In this document: positions 23,159-36,792 of the stretch, in pieces | Position numbering within the stretch: the stretch's first letter is position 1 | How the letters are laid out: the number at the start of each line of letters is the position of its first letter | DNA from: Octopus sinensis | Lineage: Eukaryota | Length of the DNA stretch: 64,000 bases | Assembly (NCBI RefSeq): GCF_006345805.1 | Contig: NC_042998.1 | Span: forward strand, 119,474,001 to 119,538,000 | Direction of reading: 5' to 3' | Program-made: the position numbers and the translations under genes | Notes under the pieces: generated by a model | What the model was told of the DNA's origin: nothing | The model's input: the letters and a program-made list of their open reading frames with translations, nothing else | The model's database searches: none

Positions 23159-23536
23159 TGAGGGTACTACTATTCGTAGATACCATACGCTAAGAGGGAA
23201 TAAGCCATACGCTAAGAGCGAATAAGCCCGCCATTTTCATAGATATGTAAAGATAAACATTCGTACATGCTACGACGAATTCTACGGTTGGCTATCGAGC
23301 TTGTAACGTTATGTTTTTTTCTTATATATCTTGAGTTTGTTGCACTGATGAACATAGAATGCATATTCTGCATTAATTGCGAAATCACAGGTGATATGTA
23401 ACTAAATTCTTTTTTTTAAATGATTTGCTTTGAAGTTTTGCATTCGGTAAAATTTTGTTTATTTTAGTAGTTTTGACCGCATTGGTCCCTCTTAGCGTAT
23501 GGTATCTACGAATAGTAGTACCCTCAATATAATATA
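23149..23536. repeat. Fold-back with 51-bp arms and ~285-bp spacer starting at a (TA)n tract
   Basis: 23149-23199 is the reverse complement of 23486-23536; short tandem duplication (ccatacgctaagag) just inside the left arm. Confidence 0.85.
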
Positions 23537-24409
23537 AATAAATATTTTCAAAGTGGAAAAATTTACGGATTTTTTCTCTTACGAGGTTTTTCACGCTAAC
23601 TACTGATAATTTCTTTTGAAGATTTTATCCTCAATTGTTAATATATATATATATGCATATATGTGAATATATCCTTCCTTGTTAATACAAATGAGAAGTG
23701 ATGGTATTCAATACATAAAGAAGTATTACATATATGAATAACGGCAAGTTATTTACTCCGAGTTAAATGTTACCGCTCTTCAAAAGCATCCACTTTTTAA
23801 ATAAATTTATCTCATTAACCAGACAATGAAATCGAAATAATATTAAATTACAATTACATTTAAATTAAATAATTAAATTTAAAAGATGTATGACAGTTGT
23901 CTAAATGGTTAGTTATAGGGGAGTTTAGATAGGTGGGGGTGCTTAAGTGGCTGTAATAGAAAAGAGATATTGAAGAAGAGGCAAAGTTTTTTTAACAGAA
24001 GCAAATGCTGAACAGGGTGAGAGTGTGAAGGGTGGGAAATATATAAAGAGGAATAATAGAGAGAGGGAGAATTTGTTTTCACTAATCTTCGTTCTTCTAT
24101 TTGATAATGGGTATCACCCGAAACATCAAATTCTCTTCTATTTCTTCCTTTGCCAGATTAAGCATTGTCGTGCACTTCTTTATTTATTGTGTTTTGTTAT
24201 GTTTTGTTTTGTTCACTTATTTCAACAATTTTTCAGATATGCACTTTCGAATGCTAAACGTAGTATATTTTTGTTTATTTCCTCTTTGCCTCAAATTTTA
24301 CTCGTGTTATTCGGGTTATATTTTTTTTCACCTATTTATATTCTTACGCCCGCACAGAATTATTCGCCGCTATTTCGCGAATGCTCTATAACAACTATAC
24401 ATACATTCA

Positions 24410-24425
24410 TTCATACATACATACA

Positions 24426-24457
<32 letters not shown>

Positions 24458-24463
24458 CAGATA

Positions 24464-24511
<48 letters not shown>

Positions 24512-24549
24512 CAGCAGCAGTAGTAGTAGCAGCAGAGCAACAGTAGCAC

Positions 24550-24582
<33 letters not shown>

Positions 24583-24797
24583 TATGCTTATTTTTATGTC
24601 AAGCTATATTTCAAAACAACCTAACGTTATACTTAACGATTACTCAATACCTTTTCGAATACATTTTTATAAACATTAACAATGACATCGAAACATCGAA
24701 GTCACTGGCAGCCTTTTCCTTGTAAAAGTGTATACACACACACACATACACACACACATGCGCGCTCACATACACACACACACACACACACACATAC

Positions 24798-24837
<40 letters not shown>

Positions 24838-24920
24838 GATAGATCGAGGCAGTGCTCCGGCATGGCCGCAGTCAAATAACTGAAACAAGTAAAAGAATAT
24901 ATATATATGTATGTATATAT

Positions 24921-25015
<95 letters not shown>
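24410..25015. repeat. Compound microsatellites (CATA, TAG/CAG, CA, GATA, TA)
   Basis: Directly visible. Confidence 0.9.
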
Positions 25016-25018
<3 letters not shown>

Positions 25019-25054
25019 GGGGTATGTGCGTGTGTGTCTGTGTGTTTCTGTATT

Positions 25055-25245
25055 TGTCTCCCGACCATCGCTTAACAACCGATGTTGGTGTTTTTACGTC
25101 CCCGTAACCGAGCGGTCCGGCAAAAGAGGCCGATAGAATAAGTACTAGGCTTACAAGGAATAAGTCCTGGGGTCGATTTGTTCGACTAAAGGCGTGCTCC
25201 AGCATAACCTCTGTGAAATAACTGAAACCAGTAAAAGAATAAAAG
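25055..25245 (+). mobile_element. SINE-like repeat, same family as 8850-9030
   Basis: ccatcgcttaacaaccgatgttggtg...ataagtcctggggtcgatttgttcgact...gctccagcat. Confidence 0.7.
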
Positions 25246-25373
25246 ACTAAAAGAATGTATATAACAATACAAGGAATATTGGTGGAACATTACTAACACA
25301 ACTTCTACCGTTGTGCACATTTGGCCTGTCGTGGTTATTTGAGACAGAAAGGAAAATCATGTATTGTATAGAG

Positions 25374-25521
25374 CAGGTATGGGCTAGCTCTTTCGTGAAA
25401 CCGGCCGCGTGGGGCGTGACTCATCATCGGACAGACTGTGCTAATAAAAAAAAATTTAAGGTAGTTTTTTTGTTGGTATGCCATTCAGAAAGTCCCGCAG
25501 ACCGCAGATTACCTACGACTG
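25374..25521. mobile_element. Possible old hAT-type MITE
   Basis: Ends caggtatgggcta / rc cagtcgtaggtaa resemble hAT CAGG..GGGCAA TIRs; putative TSD only 5/8 identical. Confidence 0.3.
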
Positions 25522-25705
25522 ACATAAAGATTAGCTGCTCTGCAGATATGGACATTTCTTTCAAACTACTACGAAAACTAAATGGAAATATGGGAAAGTT
25601 AGGGTAAAGAAAATGACCGGCTAACATGCACAGTACAGATACAATCTGTAAGCGCAACAGTAAAAATATGCAAGACTTTTCTAAAGTTCAACATGTAACG
25701 TTTTT

Positions 25706-26065
25706 GGAGTAAAGATTATTTGCCAACATAACATGGTAGTCCTGGTTTAGGACGAATGTTGCTGTAATTTAATCCCAGGAGACAACGTCTCCAGCTGGCT
25801 ATACGACACGATCTCTGTCCTTACATTTTCGAACAAGGGAATCTAGCACCTCCACTCAGTTCAAAACAATATCTGTGTATCGCGATTTCCGCGTTATTTC
25901 CCTTTATCAGCACAGAATAATTGTTCGGCTAGAGATGGCACTGCCAAATTCTCGTTCGGAATATATAGTTTTCAAAGTGACAACTAGTCACTGATCTATA
26001 ATTTAGAAAATTATTAGAAAATAAACTAGGACTGCCATGTTATGTTGGCAAATAATCCTTACTCC
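25706..26065. mobile_element. MITE-like element, 360 bp, 43-bp TIRs, superfamily unassigned
   Basis: ggagtaaagattatttgccaacataacatggtagtcctggttt (25706-48) versus its reverse complement at 26023-65, 3 mismatches; no TSD resolved. Confidence 0.75.
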
Positions 26066-26245
26066 AAGGTACTGTTGCTGAATATCTCTCGTTGTGAGAT
26101 TTACAAATAGTAATTTTCTAATGTAACGTTGTTGTTTTCTAAATTTCAGGGATGGTGCTTTGTATCTTTATTAAAAACCAATTCCTTCCTTCGAGGTCGA
26201 ATTCCAATAAATAAAAAAAAGGTATATAAATAGATACGTACTTTC

Positions 26246-26276
<31 letters not shown>

Positions 26277-28204
26277 CATACATACATACAGAGAGAGAAA
26301 GAGAGTGTAAAACGAACACACAGTGACACAGACCCGTACGCACGCACTCATACACACACACGCACACACACAAACCTATCCACCCACCCACGCGCGCGCA
26401 CACATACAATCAGACATACACGTATACAAATATTTGCTCTGGTCGTAAACTTTACTCATTGCTCTCTTTACACATACAGCTCCCTCTCCCCTCACACACA
26501 CACCACACACACACATACTCAATACACAAGCATACGCATATGCGAACACACGCACAAAATAACGTCTACATTTACAAGGTGTTGTTACAAAACCCAACTT
26601 CCTTTACTTATTTTGCAGAAGTCAATGAGGACCCTACCTCCATCATCATTACCACCACCTCAAATGTCACCACTACACCATAAACCCTGCGATCACTTAC
26701 ACCACCACCACCATTTCTGATGACGTGTAACTCCGGTGCATCAGGTAAAAAGAGTCCCTTGTGGGAGATGGGTGTTAGATTTATAGGGAATGGGTTTTAT
26801 TGATAAGGCTATGGAGTGTGTATGGTGTAATCGTGGATGTGTTTTATTTATAGTGTTTCTATGTTAGTGTGGGGATGTGAGGGTTTGAACAGGACACTCG
26901 AAGATGTATAAATATAAATATAGATACATGGTTTGTTTTGGTCATTAAAAATAAATTGGATAAGTTTAATTGGTCAACTGGCAGGGTGGTATATGTGTGG
27001 GAAGAGTGATGTGGAAATTAAAAGAGATATATGTCTGCAAGAAAAGAATTCTCGGGCACGTAAATGTCTCGTTTGAAGGACGTTACGGTGAAAGGCCAGA
27101 ATATAGATTAAGTTATGTGTCTTATGAGTCGAGTTGTAGTTAGGAAATTTGTTTATAGGTAAAGAATTTTACGGTGGATGAATTTGTATAGGATACAATA
27201 AAAGATACTGAGTAGAATAAATAAGAGACATGCTCATTGAATTTCAAGCTAATTAATGTATGTATGAAGGAATATGTTGTGTGTAAGAAGTTCTGGTTTA
27301 TATATATATCTACTGGTGAGTAAAGTTTAAATCTTGAACTAATTTATGAAATCAGTAAACCTTAGACTGGTTTAATAATATCCTAAACGCACCGTTAACT
27401 CAACATACATTTATACATACGTTAAAGAGCATGCACACGTGCCCTCACAAATTCACACACACGCGCACGCACATATACACATACACATATTAGAATTTCT
27501 GATATGTAATAACAAATTATCTTTCAAGTTAGCCTTGAATCTTACATTAAATGAAATTATCTTCTATTCCAGTGTTTTGTTTGTTTATTAAGACACGTTT
27601 GTCACAATGTCTCAAGTGGCAGAGACTGAATATTTCATGTTTATACATTGGTGATTTTATGTTTACACTTCTACAAGCTTCGAAACAGATGCATCGCTTT
27701 TGTCTGGAGAGTGGATGCAATCTCGAATTGTTTTTTTTTAATAGACTCTTCAGAATTTAAGCAATTTTCTGTTTTAGCAGCACCAGTAGTAATTAATCGT
27801 TAATTTTATTATTTCACCATTATAGAGCCTCTAACTAAGATTTATCCCACTCTTTTGATGGGGAACAATTTCGGGAGATCTCTTCCATTCCGTAGTAGAG
27901 TGTACATTAAGAAAATGACAGTGTGATGATAATTTAATGCGATATAAAACAAAACACAGCAAGTGTTATACAAATTGTGAAAGTACAGAATCGAATCACT
28001 TGAGCATGCACGGAAAATCTGGTTATAGATTGTCAATCTTCATACTGGTGTTCTGGTATTAACATTTATTGTGTAGTTCATATTTAAGTGTTTCTTTGAG
28101 TGCCAAATGTGTTGCAAAAGAAAACACAGAATAAATATACTTTTTTTACGCCAAAGTGGAAGGAAATGTAATAATGCTCTGATGGTTCTTGCAGCATAAA
28201 ACAT

Positions 28205-28445
28205 GCTTTCAGGATTTCAATCTCTCAGGATTTCAATATTCGAGATTTTAACCTTTCGACATATTCTTTCTTTCTTTTTTTTTTTTTTTGTTACCTTTTT
28301 CTGTGTCATTCACTTTCAAAGTAAAGCAAGCGTTTGTTTCCGTATGCCAGGAATTTCAACCTTTATGGATTCAGATCTTTTAAGATTTCAACATTCAGGA
28401 TTATGGCATTCAAGATTGTCTCTTTCGGGATTATGACCAGCACCC
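28205..28445. mobile_element. Terminal/subterminal repeat block of a Mutator-like element (isolated end)
   Basis: Repeated ~15-bp ttcaggatttcaac-like units. The reverse complement of the end (gggtgctggtcataatcccgaa...ataatcctgaatgttgaaatc) resembles 33614-33675, upstream of the MULE transposase. Confidence 0.5.
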
Positions 28446-29989
28446 TAATGGAAGGCACTGTCAGATTCTAAGACTTTTTTCTTCACATTTTCTTATCCGG
28501 TGTCTAAATTAAAGCAGTTTGGTATTTAGAGACAATAATTACGTCAGTGAATTCCCAAAAGACTAAATAACCTAAGAAAAGTTTCTCCTGGTGTTTTAGA
28601 GAATATTATTTATACATTATATTTCTAACATATTCACTCATTCATTAGAAATGAGTATTTCAGGCACCATTAACTCACTGGTAATACAGTGAGAGATGGT
28701 AAACAGTACAAAAAAATTGGACCACCAGGATTTACTAAAGACACATATCCCAAAAATATTTTAACTGTTTTTGTCATTGTTGTTGCTTAGGTCAACCCAA
28801 AATTAGTAGACTGATGATCAAAGCATTCCAACCATGACCAACCAATTGTATTATCCAAATTTTATTCTTCGTTATTTGAAGATGGTAGACAGAGGTTTGA
28901 GCAGAATATGATTGTTCTTCAAGCAGTTTCCATAGAGTACCGGCATACAGAGTCTTTCAATAGTCGTTTTATAGCAATCGTCACCGATGACAATGCTCAA
29001 ACATATAGCCAAGATAACTAAAACGATCATACATGCGTGTATGTGTGTGCGTCATTGCATATGTGTAAGGCAATGTGTGTGCGTGCGTGCGTGCGTGTGT
29101 GCGTGTGCATACTTGACAGGTACACTATAGGTTCTGATTTTTAAGCAAATGAGAGTCAAATTACACTTCTAATAATTCGCTAGTTTATTTTACGTTGATT
29201 TATTTTCTGTATACATGAAAATACTCATATTTAAAGTACGTTCCTGCCAAAAACTACATGGCATATTTACATAAATAGATAGGGATTCAAACACGGTAGT
29301 GCCGAAAACGAGATATGAACGACATGCTTCTTGTTTTGTTGTTTGCTACTCTATCGAGTCTGTCATTCACAATGGAACTTTTCAGTCAAGTATTCTTTGC
29401 GTTACGAAGCGTTGCGTTTTGGAAAGTGTTAAAGAGTATTGCGTTGTCGTTATGTGAAATTCCGTGATGCAAAGCCTATTTTCCCATTATATCAGAAGCA
29501 ACAAAAAACTACGTTTCTCGTATCGGAAAGATTTTCTGGGCCTTAATGCTACCGTAAAGCGATGGTGATTACTGTTTCTGGAGTAAATAATTTGCAGTAT
29601 CAAATACATTCGCATCGCAACTGCTTGGTTTCAGCCTCAATCCTACAATGTCATACCTTGCGCAAGCGCCTTCTTCTCTAACCTCAGATCGACCAAAATC
29701 TTCTGAGTGAAGTAGGGTTCCTTATTAGGGTAGTAGACTTAATCATTGCCCTATATAAACCAGCTGGTCAACAAGATAAACATTCAGCCCAGGTATCAAG
29801 TCTTAAGACAATTCAATATTTTGACGTGCTGCTTCTAACTGAAGCAAGCTATGAAGTGTGGTTTCTCATCTTTTCTCCCTCACCAATCTCAAAGGTCATG
29901 AAAAAGTCATAGGTGCTTACCTTGCTTTAAAAAAAAATTTTATATATCAAGTTCGTACACTGATCAGTTATTTTCTGTAGTTACTCCAA

Positions 29990-30660
29990 AGTTCGGAATA
30001 TAATAATTATCGCAATATCGACCAAACCATCAGATATTGTTATACACCGCTGGTCACAATATGCCTCCAATTCTATCTTGATTGTGCCATTCTTATCCAT
30101 TTTGACCCAAATTGCTTGACTAAATCGTCTTCCCATCGTCGTGGAGCCTTCAAAGTAGCCTTTAGCGACCTGTTGGACACCACTCGGCAACTGCACAGGT
30201 CCACGTAATGTCTGTGAACTTTGCATCATGTCCATCAAGCGGAACTTGTGATTTGGATATTCTGTGATCACATCGTTCACTCCGCTCCTTCTCGTATAAT
30301 CTCATTTCGAATGATATTCATAGCACGGATCTTTCCATGGTCCGTTGAGTTGTGGCCAACTGATGTTCCATCCTCTTCAAAGTAACCCACATCTCACTTG
30401 CATGCAGGTAGGGCGGTGCTGTCTGGCATATATGATAGTGTTTAACTTTTGTTTGGAGCACATCCTTTATTGAGTGAAATGGTTTCCATGCTGCCCTTGG
30501 GTCATATTCACTGTGTACTCTAAGTAGATATATTCATTTACCTCCTCCATTTCATCGCTTCCCACCTCTATTCGACCTTGTGCTACGTCTTCCGGCCGCA
30601 TATATTTTGTTTTCATGTGGTTCATTTTAAGACCCACTGCTAAGCTCTGAGTGAATCGAA
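29990..30660 (-). mobile_element. RTE-clade non-LTR retrotransposon fragment (RT C-terminus)
   Basis: GLKMNHMKTKYM, EEVNEYIYL, RAAWKPF, LHASEMW, QLATTQRTMERS, then decayed W.GH and WTCAVAEWCP; frameshifted. Confidence 0.8.
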
Positions 30661-30747
30661 TAATAAATATAATATGATATAATGAATATATAATGAACGA
30701 CTAAAATGATCAAATATTTATATAATTTATTTTAAAATGTGATACTC

Positions 30748-30833
<86 letters not shown>

Positions 30834-31345
30834 TCTTAACTGATTGGAAGTGTTATCATGTACATTGTTTTGTCTTGGTATAAAAGATGGGCTACAGCAA
30901 ATATTCTGCTCAATACCACAGATTTGCTTGTCAGTTGTTTGACCTTAACCAGTTGAGCATGTCCCTTAGTGGCTGACGATATGTGCATCTCTGATCACGA
31001 GCAGAAGTAGTGGGGGAGCATCATAGCCATGTGTTGAGAGGGATTCTTTGGGGTTTGATAATTCAACTCTGGAAACATGGTGGTTCTTTCAACATCCTTA
31101 AACAACCCTTATTCAGGGACCTTTTGAGCAGGATGGGCTACTCAACCTGAAGAAATTTCTAACTGGGCCCCACCTGAAAGGTCATGTGCTGTTTATCTTG
31201 ATATGAGATCACCATGTCGCGCACATATGGTTTTGATGCATGTGCCTGGTGTGCCCTTGTCGGACGGGTGGTCATGATGTGTATATTGGGCTTCGTATAT
31301 TTTACCACAGTGTCACTTTGATGGCATGAACTGGTCTCTCACTCA
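30834..31345 (+). mobile_element. ~520-bp (TAA)n-associated element, copy 3
   Basis: Reverse complement of 4277-4800 family; (AAT)n on both sides. Confidence 0.8.
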
Positions 31346-31362
31346 ATAATAATAATAATAAT

Positions 31363-31399
<37 letters not shown>

Positions 31400-31400
<1 letters not shown>

Positions 31401-31600
31401 GTTTCAAATGTTGACACAATGCCAGCAATTTCGGAATAGGGGGCTTAGTTGATTAAATCGACCCCAGTGCTCAGCTGGTGCTTATTGCATCGAACCCCAA
31501 AGGATGAAAGGCAAAGTTCCTTGGTGGAATTTGAACTCAGAAAGTAAAGACGAATGAAATGCCGCTATGCAGTATGCCTGGATTATTAACGGTTTTGTCG
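31400..31600 (-). mobile_element. tRNA-headed SINE, family A (diverged)
   Basis: ggatgaaaggcaaagt...ggaatttgaactcagaa is the reverse complement of the family A B-box region. Confidence 0.7.
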
Positions 31601-31689
31601 TTCAACGAAATTATGGAAAAGGAAATGAAAGAGTTAGTGTATTAGGGTTCAACGAGATAATCGAAAAGGAAATGAAAGAATAACCGAGG

Positions 31690-32855
31690 ATGGAGTATTT
31701 CCAAAGACTGGGGTTGGTGTTCCGCTCAAAATTGACTGGATGAAATAAAATCCAAGCAGTTAATACGTGAGCGATAGTATCACTTCGGTATGGAGCGGGA
31801 ATTATAAAATGGCAAAAGAGAGAAGTGAAGAAAATGGATATTATGACCAGAAAATGTTGACAGTATACGGAGCCTTTCACAACTAAGAGTGACACCGATA
31901 GGCTGTACTTGTCCAGAAGAAAGGGTGGGAGAAGTTTGATCAATTGCCAGGACTGCATCGAAAAGGAGAAAAACAGCTTAGGGTGGTAATATATAAAATG
32001 CCGTGGAGCCACTGTTGAAACACATGAAGAAGGCCGGCGTCACCAAAACTGAAAATTGTGTAAGAAAGAAAGATTTAAACAAGAAATGAAAAAAAGAAGC
32101 ACGGGAGGAAAAGAAAATGTACGGTCAGTTTCCAAGAGATGTGAACAGAGTTTCCAAGAGACAGATACAGAGGACCAGTGGCTATGGATGAGGAGGAGTG
32201 ACCGCAGCTCAGGAACAAGCGTTGAGGACCAAATGTAAGAAGTACAGAATAGACAACACTACCGATAGCGACAAATGCAGAATGTGTAGTGAGAGGGGTG
32301 AAACGGTATGGCACATCGTTGGCCAATGCCCGAAATTAGCTCAACGCAAATACAAAAGACGCTATGACAATGTGGCAAGAATTATCCATTGGGAACTCTG
32401 TGGAAACCACGCCCTACAAAGAACAAAGAAATGGTATGAGAAGACTCCAGAGGGAGTCACCGAAAATGAGAATTGCAAAATCCTGTGGGAAGCAATGATC
32501 CAGTGCGATCACCCGACCGGACATCGGAAACCGGACATTGTCGTGGTGAATAAAAAAGACAGAACATGTATGATAATCGACATAGCTTGCCCCGGTGACA
32601 ACAGGATCAATGTGAAAGAAGAAAAAATAAACAACTATGACGATTTGAAGTGGGAAATACGAAGAGACTAGACGTGATACTGATAGTAATGAAGAGAGTA
32701 GACTTGATACCAATAGTAATTGGTGCACTTAGAACTATCAGCACTCAACTACCAACATGACTGAAAAAGATTGGTGCACGTTTGAAGGTAGAACACCTAC
32801 AAAAATCAGCATTGCTTGGAACTGCAAGAATTCTTTGCAAGATTCAGTAGGGCTG
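31690..32855 (+). mobile_element. 5'-truncated R4-clade REL non-LTR retrotransposon, third subfamily
   Basis: NKIQAVNT....LRYGAGII, DTDRLYLSRRKGGRSLI, AAQEQALRT, CRMCSERGETVWHIVGQCPKLAQRKYKRRYDNVARIIHWELC, KPDIVVVNKKDRTCMIIDIACPGD, LQKSALLGTARILCK. Confidence 0.92.
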
Positions 32856-32884
32856 TAATGGTTAACTATCCGATATTCTTTTTT

Positions 32885-33126
32885 TTGCGCTCTTTTAAAG
32901 CCAGGCTCATGGACCCGGTTTCCCGGTTTCTATGGCGTATGTGTTCCCTAGCTGGACGGGACGCCAGTTCATCGCAGCGTTACTCATTTTTGCCAACTGA
33001 GTGAACTGGAGCAACGTGAAATGAAGTGTTTTGCTCAAGAGCACAACGCGTCGCCCGGTCCAGGAATTGAAACCACAATCTTACGATCATGGTGCTGACA
33101 CCCTAACCACTAAGCCACGCGCCTCC
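32885..33126 (-). mobile_element. tRNA-headed SINE, family B
   Basis: Minus strand ggaggcgcgtggcttagtggttagggtg...ggtttcaattcctgg (A and B boxes), gtgctcttgagcaaaacact core, A-rich end. Confidence 0.85.
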
Positions 33127-33613
33127 ACAAACTATTCGAAATACCCTGTGATAAAACCAAAAGTTTTTAGCATCTAATATAAAATTCCTCACCACCACTA
33201 ACCATAACTGGAAAAATAAAAATGAATAGCAAAACAGAATCACTCCGTTATCAATCAAACTTCCCTAAAAGCGACTAGTAGCCCATTATATTGTTCCGTT
33301 GTTTTTTAGCCAAAGATCAGGTTTGGTATATCATGTATATGATCAAAAGTATTCCAATCATAATAATTACGTCTATTTTTCAGTAATTGTAATTCCAGGA
33401 CTGCAATGCATCCTTCCTTTTTCGAGATAGTTGAATATATTATTCCAGAGTGATTTGGCTGCTGTTTCTATGAAAACAAGTGATCACTTAGAAGTTGTCT
33501 TATTGGTTTACGCTCAGAAGAAAGGCGAGGAAGGTACACTTCGGCTACGTTACAAACTTTACTAGACTATTGTAACATGTAAAGATAATTTTGATACGAG
33601 GCATACATTCATT

Positions 33614-34990
33614 GGATTTCCGATCATAATCTCAGAAGACACAGTTCCGAACACTATAATCCTGTATGTTGAAATCAATTTATTCTTGTATGCATTGCTA
33701 ATTCTATTCTGTACTTCCACAAGTTGTATAACATTTGCTGTTTTATATCGCATTGAATCGTTAGTAATATGAACCTACCGCTACTTTCTTACTGTATACG
33801 TAACACAGAGCAAAGATGATCTCTGAAGTTGTTCCTTCGCAGAAATACTAAGATTAAATGTAAGAGGCTATTTAATGGTGTGAGATAGAAGTTTGAAACT
33901 AAATTACTATTGGTGCTGCTAAACACAAAATCGCTTAAATGCAACTGCTAAGCAATAAACTCACCTTCAAATTGAAATTAAATGCTTTTAGAATTGTGCA
34001 CACCACAATCATTTTTCAAACTGAAGTGCAACATGACTCTGAGATCATAGAAGTGAAAACGTAGGCAAAAGAGCCACAAGAAATCATCCCGACCAAATTA
34101 TTCAATTGTATATGTATTCTGCAATTCCACACATAATACCATGCTTATATTCAAAAGACCCTGCATCAAGAATACAAGAATTCAAGAAACTTAGCAGTTT
34201 TCTGAATCAAAGTCACTTCACATAGAAATTTCTCCGAAGTTTCAAAACACATTAAATGATGAAATATTTTAAAGATTTGACTGTCGAAGAAGATAGACTC
34301 ACTAAATCTAACGTAGAGAAATTAGTGCATGTTTCACCTCGGATAATGGGTGGCGTTTTAAGCTGTCCTCATTATATTCTATCAACTATATTCATATCCC
34401 CTGTCGGATCCGAAAATTTTAGAACTTATCTTCTCGCTTAATTATTAACAAATGGGGAAAGCGAAGCTCTTTATAAATGCTTATTTAAAGATTTGATGGA
34501 TTTAACGATAGAAAATAGATAGCAAAGGGATCCTTTAAATCAGATCTGGAATTGAAAGTGATAAAGGCTTTTAAAAGTGGATTGCTAGCTGTTACAAATG
34601 AACTTCGTTTTCCGTTCATACCAATGCATTTAGAAAAGAATTCAGGTGGGTGGAATGATGAAAACTTCAGCTGACTACATTAGTATTCTTTCTATCTGAT
34701 AAAATTCCAAAATTCCAGGACATTTTAATTCATTAAAATCTCATTTGCTTGAAGAAGCCAGCAAAATGTGCTTGTTAGGATAAGTAGACACACTGGACTT
34801 TAGCTTTTTGAATATTTCTACCAGACTTACAGTTTATAATTGTGTGTTTGCAAAATAGATTTCTGAGTGCTCAAAAAGCATAGCACAGAAAATGGGAAAA
34901 TTTAATATGGAATGCTCATGTTGGTGTAAATAAAGTCAGGGAAAACTTTCAAAAAGAGCAGCACTCCGATAAAGATGAATCCAAAATGCA
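33614..34990 (+). pseudogene. Degenerate Mutator-like (MULE) DNA transposon: left TIR, FLYWCH-type zinc finger, DDE transposase
   Basis: From ATG 33816 across frameshifts: MISEVVPSQK / LNVRGYLMV*DRSLKLNYYWCC / NHNH / PDQIIQ / LSTIFISPVGSENFRTYLLA*LLTN..EALYKCLF / KSDLELKVIKAF / FRSYQCI*KRIQ..G / IPGHFNSLKSHLLEEA / AHVGVNKVRENFQKEQ. The order matches FLYWCH + MULE transposases. Confidence 0.8.
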
Positions 34991-35029
34991 AGACTTCAAA
35001 ATATCTTCCTCAAGCGACCGAACGCGACC

Positions 35030-35480
35030 GAGATATACGTTTCATAAGACCGCGCCAGGAATCTCTGACACCTATTTCAAGTTATGTGTCTCTGTCAATG
35101 ACATTGATGTAGTTATGTGATTTTTCCTCCACTACTAGGGCGCTGAAGTTTCCAAATTTTAATGTCTGATATGGCCCATTGATAGTAGTGGCCAGCAAAG
35201 CTTACTCTGCGTTGAGCAACAATAACAGGCATGAAAAGAATGTGTCCATAAATCTCCACGTTTGTTTTGTTCTCAGGCCATAAAATACCCTTAGTTCTCA
35301 TAAGAACCCTAGTAATTATCAAACTCTTTCTTCATAATTCTTCAGATTCCGATTCTCTGCCCATACTCTGAAGAAGCTTAGCCATGTTGACTTTGAAATA
35401 CTAAATTACATATATTTTGAAGCTTGTTTGGACACTCTATGCGTGCCCCTTTCGTTCCAAGGAGTTTTCAAAATGTAGTT
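35030..35480 (-). mobile_element. RTE-like non-LTR RT C-terminal fragment
   Basis: TRVLMR...ILW...TNVEIYG....V.VAQRRVSFAGHYY...ISD..IW; downstream RDSWR. Confidence 0.55.
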
Positions 35481-35586
35481 AATGATTGTCGATATAATTC
35501 ACCCGTGTGTCATTACCTATGACCTACCTGTAGAATACACTTTTAAGTTGTGTTTTTAGTAAATATACATACAGACATACGCAAAT

Positions 35587-35618
<32 letters not shown>

Positions 35619-36094
35619 CATATATATACATATATATATACATACATACATACATATATATACACAACACACACACATATATATATATATAAATTAATAC
35701 GTTCTCAAACTGGCGAAAACTGCTGCAGTGAATTATTTATGCAGTATTTATTTCTGGTAATTTAGCGCACCTAAACGAAGACTTTTGAAAATAACCGCAA
35801 ATGTAATAAGTGGAACTGTATGCATTTTCGACCTCGTGTTGATATCTGGCGTGTAGTTCTACAAATTATATCTTGCAAAGAGGATCACACTGACAATCTA
35901 CAGATAGATTGTGTAAGTAAAATTACGTAATTTATTGATAGTGAAACAATTGTTTGTGATTAATCTATATTTTTGTTATTTTTCATTTGTCTTGCTCGCT
36001 TACGTTTCTGGTGTGCTAAATTTTCTGGAGAACAATTCTTAGTGGCTGAGACCATAGCGAATCTTCTTCTAGCACAAGGGCTTCCACATATTGA

Positions 36095-36204
36095 CTCAAA
36101 TATATATTTTTTAACCTTTTAAAACAAGCCTTCTGTAGTTTTTTCACTTTTTACTATTTTCTATATATTCAACCACGTGCTTTCACACACCAACTTTCTT
36201 ACCA

Positions 36205-36205
<1 letters not shown>
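36095..36205. repeat. Single-arm relative of the 9197-9600 palindrome family, adjacent to (TA)n
   Basis: caaatatatatttttaac...aagccttctgt..tttttcac.tttactattttc.tatatattca.ccacgtgcttt matches ~9527-9610. Confidence 0.75.
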
Positions 36206-36286
<81 letters not shown>

Positions 36287-36792
36287 CATATACATATACA
36301 TATACATATATATATATATATATATTACAACAAAATTTTATATCTTAGACATAGAGTTACCCAAGGTTTCACATCCACAAAGCCAAAGTCTTGTGGACAG
36401 CTCGTCAGAAAATATATAAAAGCTAATTACTTCAATATGAACGCATCATTCAAAGTACTCCCAAAATACTGCCTAGGATTATATCTAAGGGCCTATACCT
36501 TCACAGAAGTTCGGACCAACCTCTATACCCTCTGGAAAAAGATGAACTGTGAACTATATTCTCCTGTTTGTATTCTTCTATCTAGTTTACTCTTTATTCT
36601 TCTATTTTATTCCTTTATAAACTGTGAATTTCCCTGTCTAGAACTTTCAAACATACTCACCTTGTGTCTGATGACGGAATACCCAATGTACAGACATGCT
36701 AGCCTATCACTTGGGAAAGATTTCAGATTTACACTAATTCAGTTATTCTATATGACTTGAGATACTCGTCCTGCCTTGTTTTTTTTCCTTTT

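Noticed and set aside
26760-27350. Possible decayed PLE RT on the minus strand
   Set aside because: Composition is suggestive, but no convincing motif could be read in any frame.
27860-27900. Hammerhead-like ggaag-agat-ctccc-gaaat on the minus strand
   Set aside because: Core and stem III are too degenerate to support a call.
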